From Callorhinchus milii (taxonomy: Eukaryota), in the NCBI RefSeq assembly GCF_018977255.1, contig NW_024704742.1:92134001-92198000 (forward strand): a stretch of DNA of 64,000 nt, written 5' to 3'. The position numbers were made by a program, and so were the translations under genes. The stretch's first letter is position 1. Each line of letters opens with the position of its first letter. The notes below the pieces were generated by a model. It saw nothing but the letters and a program-made list of their open reading frames with translations. It was not told the DNA's origin and searched no databases. Below are positions 1 through 10,185 of the stretch, piece after piece.

Positions 1-137
1 CTGAGATAATAATAGTAATAATAATAATAATCCTTACATTTGATAAAGCGCCTTATCATGTTGTTGAGGCGACTCAAAGTGCTTTGAAGAATATATTGTA
101 AAGCGGACTGTGTATTTTGTGGGCAAAACTCACAATA

Positions 138-457
138 TGGAGTCCTGTAGCTCAGTGGTTAGAGCACTCGCTTTGCAAGCGAGAGACCTGGGTTCAATTC
201 CTGCCAGGATGAAACCTTGGGCAACTTTCCTTACTCCACACTCCTGATAATAATCCCTCAAGAAAAAAAACAATAATAAATTGGTCATTTCAATCCACAA
301 CAAACCATGTTTGTAGGATATTGCTGTGCGCATTTGGCTGCCGCATTTCGCTCACAAATATACAGTCAGTTCACTTTACATTCTATTCTGTGAAGCGCTT
401 TGAGACATCTAGAAAATGTGAAAAGCGCTATATCAAATGCAAGGATTATTATTATTA
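138..457 (+). mobile_element. tRNA-Ala(TGC)-like SINE, short-CORE subfamily, (ATT)n tail
   Basis: GGAGTCCTGTAGCTCAGTGGTTAGAGC (A box), anticodon arm CTCGC-TTTGCAA-GCGAG, GGTTCAATTCC (B box), CCTTGGGCAA CORE start, Deu 3' part, tail ATCAAATGCAAGGATTATT; closely similar copies elsewhere in window. Confidence 0.92.
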
Positions 458-1254
458 ATGTTTTACATATATCTATATAATATATAAAATATATATATTA
501 TATAACATATAATAAATGTGTTGGTAGAGGGCTGAGATTCCAGCAGATTGTGTTAAGACTTTTTTTAATAAAATGTCATAAAAAGGTAATTATAGCAACC
601 ATTATATTGTCAAAGGAGCAAAGGGCGAAAAGGATGTAAGTAGCGATTCACAGAATATTCTGTGCACAAGCCATCTGTGGGCGAAGGACAACGAGCTCAG
701 TGAACCTCACTAATCCTGGCTTCCTTCAATTTTATGGTAATAATGATGGGAATGCTGATGCTAGATTCTAAAGTGACCACAACACAATAATGAGAATCTA
801 GGCACAGTGATCACTGCCAAAATCCTGTACGGACAAAATTGTGATATCAAATTATCATGGAAAAAAAAACATTTTCAGAATATTCCAGCTCAAGTTATGC
901 CTATTTTGTGTATGTTGCTTCAGTAAAAATAATAAAAGAAAAATCTGATCCACCCAACCTTACTTCAACGCCCCAATGCCCAGGAAACTTTGCTGTTTGT
1001 GTAGACAGTGCATGAAATGAGAAAAAAAGAAGCGCTTATAAAATGAAGGTTATTTTCTCCCTATTTTAAAATTAATATTCATTTTCTCATATCTCTTTAA
1101 GCTCTTTCTCTTAGGTTTCTTTTTGCGATCAATAGGTTAGTCAAGCCGCCAGCTTATACACCTCTCCCAAAGTTTCTCTCCAACCTTTGTTTTTCTCCTC
1201 GGCTCTGTAGCCTCAACTCCCTTGTGATCAGGAACGCTCGATGTAGGGAGTCTC

Positions 1255-1435
1255 TGTTCCCATTCCTGGACTCCACAGTGAGGCTTACTTTTCAATTGAG
1301 AAATAATATTTCTCTCTTTCAAATCATACATGAATTCTACATTGGTGTATGTGTTGTTCCCTGACTGTCTAGTACCTTGGGACATCCTCCTGACGTGAAA
1401 GGTTATACAAATGTAATTTGTTGTTCTTGTTGTTT
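1255..1435 (+). mobile_element. Unclassified L2-tailed non-autonomous element fragment
   Basis: Body 1285-1328 matches reverse complement of 14471-14514 (42/44); both are followed by the L2 tail GGGAC(A/G)TCCTCCTGACGTGAAA..(GTT)n. Confidence 0.6.
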
Positions 1436-1529
1436 GGTGGTTATTGCAGGAGATTGTCAGGAGTGCAGCTGCAATGGGGTACACAGTAGGAGGTGCTGTC
1501 CTCCAAATGAGGTACTGTATGCTTGTTTA

Positions 1530-1803
1530 ATACTTTAAAACTTTAATGTCAGTAGAACAAGAGGACATACGTTTAGAGTTGCAAAGGGCAATTTCAGGAA
1601 AGATGACGGCAAGGTTTGCTTTATGCAAAGGCTAATTAATTCCTGGAACAGGTTGTCAGCTAAGGTGGTAGAGGCCAGGACTCCAGGCTCATTTAAAAAG
1701 CAGGTTGATATAGCGATGGGGGAAAGGTAGGGTGGGTGTTCTGGAAGGATGAGATCAGATGGGCCGAAGGGCCTTCTTCATTCAGACCAATCTTGTGACT
1801 TGT
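1530..1803 (+). mobile_element. CR1 LINE 3' end
   Basis: RTRGH...WN-type ORF2 C-terminus followed by GATGGGCCGAAGGGCCTTCT 3' UTR. Confidence 0.8.
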
Positions 1804-2156
1804 GTAGCTTAGTGGTTAGAACACTAACCTCACAAGCGAGAGGACCTGGGTTCCATTCCTGGGCAATGCGAAATGTTGGGCAAGCTTCCTTACTCCATAA
1901 TCCTCTGTTTACCTAGCCGTAAGTAGGAACCCGGGTGTTAGTCAATTGGCGGATCGCTTTTCCAGGGTAATCGCTTAAAAAAACAAATTGGTCACTCAAT
2001 CCTTGACTGTTTGTGGGACACTGCTGTGTGTAATTGGCTTCCGCGTGTCGCCCACAAAATATACAGTAAGTTTTCTTTGCAGTATTCTATAAAGCGTTTT
2101 GAGACGTCTCAAAGACGTGATAAGGCGTTATATCAAATGCAAGGATTATTATTATT
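1802..2156 (+). mobile_element. tRNA-derived SINE, full-CORE subfamily (anticodon CAC)
   Basis: tRNA head with loop CTCACAA; TTGGGCAAGCTTCCTTACTCC...CCTCTGTTTACCTAGCCGTAAGTAGG CORE-like block; Deu 3' part; (ATT)n tail. Confidence 0.85.
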
Positions 2157-2457
2157 GTTATATCTTGTCATGGCTGTTTTGGGGACCTTGCTGGCTGCAA
2201 ATTGGTTGTCGTGTTTGTTTATAAATACACAGTAACTACACTTGACAGCAATTATCTGTGAAACCCTTTGAGATTTTTCAGTGATGCAGGTGCTATATCA
2301 AATGCAAGGATTATTATTATAATTCTATTATAATTCTGATGCTTGACTTTGTGCATCAGTGCAAATACAAATTGACACTGCAGCAGTGATTTGGGAGGCT
2401 CTACATTTGAACGCTTCTTTGTAATACTAGCTCAGTGATAGTGTAAGGATAACCATA

Positions 2458-3100
2458 ATAATAATCATCATCATGGCATTTTTATAGCACCTTATGACAT
2501 CGTCAGAATGTCTCAAACCACTTCACAGGATTTACTATAAAGTGCAGTGACTGTATCATGTAGGTGAAACCGTTGGTGTTAGGCACAGCAATCTCAAACA
2601 GCTATGAAATGATAAATATTATCTGGGAAATTTTGGCCAGGACATTGAGAGAAACACCTTTCTCTTTTCAAGTAGTGTCATGAGATCTTTGATATCCAAC
2701 AGTCAAATAGGATCTCGGCCTCGATAGGATCTACTCAGAGAACATCAGCGTGCTTTATGTCTTCCGCCTGATCCACCCCACCATCAGTGGCTGAGCTTTC
2801 AGTCATTTTCCCCCTGTTTTCTAAAACTCCACCCCAGAGTCCCCCCCCCCACCCCCACTTCAGGCACCTTCTCGATCTCAAATTTAAAACCCACCTTAAC
2901 ATTTTTTCGACCACGGTTACCTTTCCCCCCAATTGCCCCTGTGAAGCAAGGCTGATGTGAAATGTAAAATCACCATTGTTTAACATTTCAGCTGAAGGAC
3001 AGCACCTCCAACAACCCTGCACTGGAATGTCAGAATAGACTAAGTCCTTCCATAGGGTTTGAACCCATAACCTTCTGATAATAACATCAATTAGCTTGAT
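2458..3100 (-). mobile_element. Old DeuSINE fragments interrupted by a + strand L2 3' fragment (~2760-2940)
   Basis: Deu motifs on minus strand (GGCCAGGACA, GTGTCATGAGATCTTT, TTTAACATTTCAGCTGAAGGACAGCACCTC) and tRNA head at ~3050-3100. Confidence 0.65.
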
Positions 3101-3104
3101 AGAG

Positions 3105-3320
3105 ATCCAAAATTTCATCTCGACTTAGCCTGTAAACCCATTGTTAACATTTAAGTTCATGCAGAAAAATTGAAAATTCTTAAAATCAGTCCTAAATTGG
3201 AAGCCAGTTTTACTGCAATTCTTAAAAAACAAAATAAGTCTGAATTTAAGAATGGTACACAATTCCACACAATCTTACATTTTAAAACAAAATGGTAAGA
3301 ATAGGTTGAATTTTAGGGCT
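3105..3320. mobile_element. Palindromic MITE-like repeat, copy 1
   Basis: AAAATTCTTAAAATCAGTCCTAA ... AAGTCTGAATTTAAGAAT inverted arms; similar to 4843-5025, 29478-29715 and 56985-57085. Confidence 0.6.
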
Positions 3321-4469
3321 CAGGTTCCCTACAAAAAAATGGAATGAAAATATTCAGCCTTGGTGAGATACACTTGCTTTCTTGTCTTGTCTGGTGATCC
3401 ACCATTTCCACACCACTTCCCTCCTGTCTACGCACAGTTCATATATTATGCACCCTAATGATATTGTTAAGTATTCACTTCATGTTTCAAACTGCCTTTT
3501 CCTGAATGGTTCCTTAAAATGTAACAAACCTCAGGCAGCACAGAGCTGATCAAAGGAAACTTGTAACTCCCCTTTGTGTTCAGAAATACAGTGTAAAATG
3601 ACCACTTTAAATTCTGAATGCCTCAGCAACATAATAAAAAATGCCCCTTGATAGCCTTTGAACACTCCATAAGATACAATGGAGAATATATATATATTCT
3701 GTATATATGTGATTTGTCTGTATGTGTGTTGTGTTTAGAACCAACAGTAAACGTATTGCAAGGGACTAAAACAATCACACAAATGTTTTTTTCCTGAAAT
3801 ATCTTTTTTAATTCATTTGATAGGCAATTTCATTATCATCTGACAGTCGTATCATTAATTAACTGGATACATAACTATTCTGCTTATTGTCATGTGAAGT
3901 CACTGAATTTCCGTCTCGCTGAAGTTCAGCTTGCATCCTTTGTTAAAGCGTCCTCCTGGGACTTACCACACAAAGGATTCTGCCACGACTGTTTTGCAAA
4001 TGGAGGGTTTGCATCATTAACATTCGTTTGCATGTGCTTTTTTCATTGGTTTCTGTCGCTTGCATGGAACATTCCTAATTTTGTAAATCCATCACATCTT
4101 GACTGCAAAAACTGACGATGTGAAAAATTGAATTTCCTTCCATATAACATCTCGAAATGCAATTGAAATTGCCCACTAAAACCAAAGTCCTGAAAATCAG
4201 GGTTACCATGTATTAAAATTTGATCTGACACACAAAAGCTTGTGGAATAGACCAAAGCAGACATCTGCCCTGGAGCTAGAAATTATAACAGAATGTTTTT
4301 AAACACTGATGGCACTGGCAATGCACAATTTGTTGAACCCTGTAAATGATAAGATTCCCTTTCATCCACATTACTCACTCTCAAATATTGGATGTAAACA
4401 ATGTCATCATTTCTGTAGATGGCAATGACTAAAATATTATATTGAAGTCTCATCAATTTTCCATGCATG

Positions 4470-4650
4470 ACTGACACCAGAAAATATTCCTCTTACACAG
4501 GGGGAATTAATGACTTCAATTGGGGTGGTTAAGGCTAGTATGCTGGACTCATTTGGGAAACAGCTTGATGCTGTAGTGGGAGAACGGTCGGAAGGGTATT
4601 TGAAAGATTCAGATCAAATCGGCTGGAGGACCTTTTGTAAGAGAATAAAC
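4470..4650 (+). mobile_element. Degenerate CR1 3' end
   Basis: Similar to 1530-1803 (CTCATTTGGGAAACAGCTTGATG, CAGATCAAATCGGCTGGAGGACC). Confidence 0.6.
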
Positions 4651-4842
4651 CTCTCTTACATGTACTCAGTAGAAAATTGATGGACTATTTGCTATGGAGA
4701 CACAGACCTATTTTTAGACCTCTGCTTGCTTACATTACAAATTGCAACCGCTTTAACTTCCTCTTCTTCCCTTTCGAGAAAATCTTTGGTTCCTCTTTGG
4801 TGTCTCCTTGATGTGAAAGGTGTTAAGACCTCAATGTCCATC

Positions 4843-5025
4843 TAATCTTAGCCATATTATTTTGTTGCATAATTGTGGAAATCGCTTAAATTCAGTCTTA
4901 ACTGGGAAGCAGTTTCGTTTTAAGAACTACAAAAAACACCTCCCAAGTGAGACAGAATTTAAGCATTTTCCACAATTCTGTATAATCTTAATTTTATGGG
5001 CAATGCCTAGATGCAATTTTGGTCC
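4843..5025. mobile_element. Palindromic MITE-like repeat, copy 2
   Basis: AATTGTGGAAATCGCTTAAATTCAGTCT ... AGACAGAATTTAAGCATTTTCCACAATT inverted arms. Confidence 0.6.
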
Positions 5026-5268
5026 AAAAATGTGTGTGTATGCCATCATATTTGATTCAACCACTGTTGATTCCTATATAACAGGAAGATGGGAGATGGA
5101 TGATGCAAGCTTTCTCTCTGGCAAATGCAGGATCATGAGGCCGTCAAATCGATGAGTTATAGCTACATGGAAATGAACCTCTATTCGGGGCCCAAGAGGA
5201 AACTTGAATTTTCCTATTAGGAACCTTCCTTTGTCTACTTTATTTGATTCTTTATTGGTATATAGTCT

Positions 5269-7575
5269 TACATAAGAACATAAGAAATAGGAGCAGGAGT
5301 CGGCCATTCAGCCCCTCGAGCCTGCCCCGCCATTTAATAAAATCATGGCTGATCTTCTAACCTAATTTCATTTACCAGCCCTATCCCCATATTCCGTAAT
5401 CCCTTTAGTTTTTAAAAATCTGTTGATCTCAGTCTTGTATATATTCAATGACTGAGCATCCACAGCCTTCTGCACTACCCTCGGAGTGAAGAAATGTTTT
5501 CTCAGCTCAGTTCTAAAAGGCTTACCTTTAATCCTGAGACTATGACCCCCCTAGTTTTAGATTCTCCAACCAGGTGAAGTAGTCTCACACTACCTATCCT
5601 GTCAAGATCCTTAAGAATCTTATAGGTTTCTATAAGATCACCCCTAATTCTTCTATATTCTAGAGAATATAGTCTACTCAACCTCTCCTCATAGGTCAAA
5701 TCCTCATCCCAGGAACCAACCTAGTTAATCTACTTTGCACCCCCTCTAAGGTGAGTATAGCCTTTCTTAGATAAGGAGACCAAAACTGCACACAATATTC
5801 CAGGTGCTGTCTCACTAAAGCCCTATACAATTGCAGCAAGACTTCCCTACTCTTGTTCTCTAACCCCTTTGCAATAAACGCTAACATGCTCTTAGCCTTT
5901 CTAATTGTTTGCTGTACCTGCATACTAACTTTCTGTGATTGGTGTACAAGGACACCTAAATCCCTCTGAATACTAACACTACCTAATCTCTCCCCCTCTA
6001 GAAAATAATCTGCTTTTCTATTTTTTCTACCTAGGTGAATAACTTCGCACTTCCCCACATTATACTCCATCTGCCACCTTCTTGCCCACTCACTTAACCT
6101 GTCTATATCCCTTTGCATCCACCTTGTGTCTTCTTCACAGCCTACTTTCCCACCTAGCTTTGCATCATCTGCGAATTTAGATACATTAAGCTCTATTTCC
6201 TCATCTAAGTCATTGATGTAGACTATAAACAGTTGAGGCCCAAGCACTGATCCTTGTGGCACTCTACTAGTCACAAGCTGCCAATCTGAGAAGGACCTAC
6301 TCTCTGTTTTCTGCCTGTTAACCACTTTTCGATCCACGCTATACTACCCTTAATTCCATGAGCCCTAATCGTATGTAACAACCTTTTGTGTGGCACCTTG
6401 TCAAATGCCTTCTGAAAATCCAAATACACTATATCCACTGGTTCTCCCCTATCTAACCTGTTAGTTACATCCTCAAAAAATTCTAAAAGATTTGTTAAAC
6501 ACGATTTCCCTTTCGTAAAGCCATGTTGACTCTGCCTAATCATGTTATGACTTTCTAAGTGCCTCACGACGACGTCCCTAATTATAGACTCTAGAACCAC
6601 CGACTCTACCACCGATGACAGGCTAATTGGTCTATAGTTCCCCATTTTTTCTCTCCCACCCGTCTTAAATAGCGGCATTACGTTTACAACTTTCCAATCA
6701 ACGGGAACCGTTCCAGAATCCAGGGAATTTTGGAAGATCAAAAACAATGCATCCACTATCTCTGCAGCCACCTCTTTTAAAACTCTAGGATGGAATTATT
6801 TAGGGGATTTATCAGCTTTTAGTCCCATCAATTTCTCTAGTACTATTACTTTACTGATATTAATTTCTTTAAGTTCCTCACTAACGTTAGTCTCTTGGGT
6901 CCCCACTATTTTCATAAGTTTTTAGTATCGTCTAACGTCAAGTCAGAAGCAAAATATTTGTTTAGTGACTCTGCCATTTCTTTATTCCCCATTATAATTT
7001 CTCTTGTCTGCCTGTAAGGGACCCACATTTACTTTTGTTAATCTCTTCCTCTTTATATACTTGTATAAGCTCTTACAATCTGTCTTTATATCTCTAGTTA
7101 CTTTACTCTCATATTCCATTTCCTCCCTCTTAATCAGTTTCTTGGTTATCCTTTGCTAATCTCTAAAGCCCTCCCGATCCTCAGGTTTACAGCTCTTTTT
7201 GGCAATATTATAGGTTTCTTCTTTTAATTTTATACTTTCCTCAACTTCTCTAGTTAGCCATGGTTGAACTACTTTTCCCATGGAATTTTTATTTCTCAAG
7301 GGAATATGCATTCGCTGGGAATTATATATATCTTTGAACATTTGCCATTGTTTGTCTACCGTTATATCTTTTAATCTACTTTCCCAGTCTATTTTAGCCA
7401 AATCGTCCCTCATACCTGCAAAGTTGGCTTTATTTAAGTTTAAGACCCTTGTGTCGGACTTAACTATATCATTCTCAAACTTAATATTAAATTCCATCAT
7501 ATTATGTTCACTCTGCCCTAGAGCCTTAACTTCAAGATTACTGATTAGCCCTCTTTGTTACACAATACAAGATCT
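5269..7575 (-). mobile_element. 5'-truncated CR1 LINE, frameshifted ORF2 (reverse transcriptase)
   Basis: ORF track: [63 protein letters not shown]; 3' UTR hairpin and (TTCTTATG)n end. Confidence 0.96.
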
Positions 7576-7599
7576 TCTCCTAGAAGACTTGATTAACTA

Positions 7600-7865
7600 G
7601 TCAGCTTACCTCAGTTGGTAGAACCTTAACCTCTGGCTCAGAAAGGTGAGGATTTAAGCCTCAACATTGGGACTTGAGCTTAAAGAAAAGCTGGTACTCC
7701 AGTAGGGAGTGCTGCACTGCCAGAGATTCATTGGTAATTAACCTTAACGTTAAGGTTTGTGGACTTTGCTGCCCACAAAATAGTTGCTAAGAAAAACAGT
7801 CACTATGTGTGCCAGTCATTACTGTGAAGCATTTTCTGATGCCATAGGCACTGAAAAAGTGCAAC
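7600..7865 (+). mobile_element. Degenerate DeuSINE
   Basis: Head GTCAGC..CTCAGTTGGTAG..CCTCTG..CAGAA; GTGCTGCACTGCCAGAG; Deu 3' part. Confidence 0.65.
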
Positions 7866-8189
7866 TCTGTTCATTTCTAACCACCAATGTGCTTAGATGT
7901 TTTCGCTTGATTATGCATTTGAAATTTGATTAAATCACCTATTCAATATTATTTAGATCACAATATTATCAAGTTTAGCAGTTCCCAGTATCTGGCACTT
8001 CAAAAATCTACATTTTCTATTTTTATAGCATTTGCTAAATCTTGTTTTGTGCTATATTATTGGGTCATTAATCGAGTAAGTCTGTTAATTACTTCATTAT
8101 ACAAAATCTGCAGGAACTTAAATCATCTACAGTTAGTAACAAAACTGATTTTCACTCGAGGTGCCTTTTAATAATTTCAATAACAACAA

Positions 8190-8620
8190 AAAAAGCAACA
8201 ATTAGACAAGCTAGGATTCTTCAGTCTTGAAAAGAGATATCTCAGAGGGACATATTGAATTATGTAAGATTTTAAATGGTATTTTAAGTGTAAACCCAAA
8301 ATAATACTTTCATATGTGTCAAAACAGAAGAACAAGAAGACACAAGTTTAAGATTGCCAAATGACAATTTGAGGACAGACACCAGGAAATATTTCTTTAC
8401 CCGAAGGGTAATTTAACAACTGAAACAGGTTACCAGGAAGGGTGATTGAGGCCAGGCATTTACAAAATAGCTTAATGTTGTAATGGAAGGGTGGCAAGAT
8501 GAAATACTATCTTGCATGAAGCATACTACATAAATGCAATTTGTTATTCTATTCTGGAAGGATGAGATCAAATGAGATATAAGGCTTTCTTCACCTGAAC
8601 TTCTCTTGTGATCTTTTGAT
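8190..8620 (+). mobile_element. Degenerate CR1 3' region
   Basis: LGFFSLEKR..RG...KIL, RTRRH motifs and the same 3' UTR family as 1530-1803. Confidence 0.75.
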
Positions 8621-9125
8621 CTAACCATACAGATTTCATATACAGAAGTTCACCATGTGACTTGAAATATTCACTGATATATATTTGTCTTTCATTTGTC
8701 TTGTGTCCTAGCTGTCATTTTTATTCTTGATCAGTTTTTCATCCTAATCCTTTATTATGGTTCTTGATTACTGTACAGTTACAAAGCAGCAAAATTACTT
8801 AGACTGTTGCAGAGTTCAAGAAAAAACATATTACTTTCTTTGGACAATATTTTCCTGGGACTATGGAGTAAAGTTTACAATGTTTGATAAATACCAGGTT
8901 TGGGGCCTAGGTCACTCAACTGGTAAACGTTCATTTTTGCCCAGGGAGGGATCAAATTTTGCCACTCTTCGGCAGAAAAACCTTAAAAAAATGATTTTTA
9001 AGCAAAACAAAAACTTTATTAGTTGCTTTAGGGTCTATCATTTACAATACAAACTCCTTCCTTAAAACTACCTCCTAAAGATGGACACTCGATCTGAAGA
9101 AGACTATTTACTTGGAGGAGTGTGT

Positions 9126-9140
9126 GCTGCCATCTTGTGG
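9126..9140 (-). promoter_or_regulatory. Candidate CTCF site
   Basis: CCACAAGATGGCAGC, one mismatch to CCASYAGRKGGCRS, in apparently unique sequence. Confidence 0.35.
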
Positions 9141-10009
9141 TTGTTGTTCAACCCTGGCGATAGTTATTAAATGTTGCAACCTTCATTCCTTAATTATGTT
9201 TACAGATTTTTTTCAAGAATGACCTAAATGTTGATCCTGATCAATTTTTGCATCTAACATGTTGATCATTGGCAAAGTAACTGTTTTCTCTAAATTTATT
9301 GGAACATTTGTGGATTCAGACTGTTAAAAATGCTAAAGGGCTTTGAGGTATTGTACATGCCGTATGCTGAATATTCATTCCAAGTGCTCAGGAAATAATG
9401 AATCAATCCATCTGTTGCTGATTAGTGATCTGATACATATGCCATTTCTGAGATTGGCTCAGCAATGCAAATGGACCTCTATAATGAGCTCTGAGAGAAT
9501 GGTTAATCAAGTTGGAATGGCTTTCTTTATTTAAGAAATGTATCAATTTGCATTCACAATTCTTTGACATTTTACTGTATTTTTATCACATTGCTACTTG
9601 TGGGAGTTACTAGTTTGTTAATTGTTCCATTTTTTTCCCCAATCTCCTTTCTCTAAAGGAAGTTCTTTCAACCAATACTTCCTATCCACAGGAAGTGCTT
9701 ACACTAACAGGATGTTTCTGACCATATTACTTGCATCACAACATCTCAGGCATCCCTTACTTACAAGCACTATCTACGTTAGAATGATTTCACTTTATCA
9801 GAACAGAGTGATGGCTATATGAAACAAGTTCTTCTCAAAAACAATGCCATATAAGTGGTATTAACACCTTAAAAAANCTAGAGAAGTATCTGCTTGAGAA
9901 CATTTTTTGGCACATAAAGAAAGATACATCTGAGATGTACAAATGCTCAATACAATGGAATTGTTTCTGAGTTGGGGTGGGGGTAAGATGGGTGTGGAAG
10001 GAATGAGGC

Positions 10010-10185
10010 CAGGTTTAAATAGAGGTACATTGACTTTAGAGTTGTATATGTACTTGAAAAGGAAACATTTGCGGGGCTATGAGGTAAGAGTGGGAGAGTG
10101 GGACTAGTGCATAGCTCTTTCAAAGAGCCGGCATAGGCATGATGGGCCACATGGCCTCCTTCTTGCTGTAATATTCTATGATTCT
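10010..10185 (+). mobile_element. CR1 3' end
   Basis: GCTCTTTCAAAGAGCCGGCA..GATGGGCCACATGGCCTCC..ATTCTATGATTCTA; same family as the end of 22150-23067. Confidence 0.85.

Noticed and set aside
138..215. tRNA-Ala(TGC) genes (also 17847, 19890, 44394, 46207, 62007)
   Set aside because: Each continues into an identical SINE body; they are SINE heads, not stand-alone tRNA genes.
3890..4345. Minus-strand exon between CAG acceptors (4341, 4190) and a GTAAGT donor (~3966)
   Set aside because: All three frames contain stops.
9877..9877. Single N base
   Set aside because: Assembly ambiguity, not a feature.
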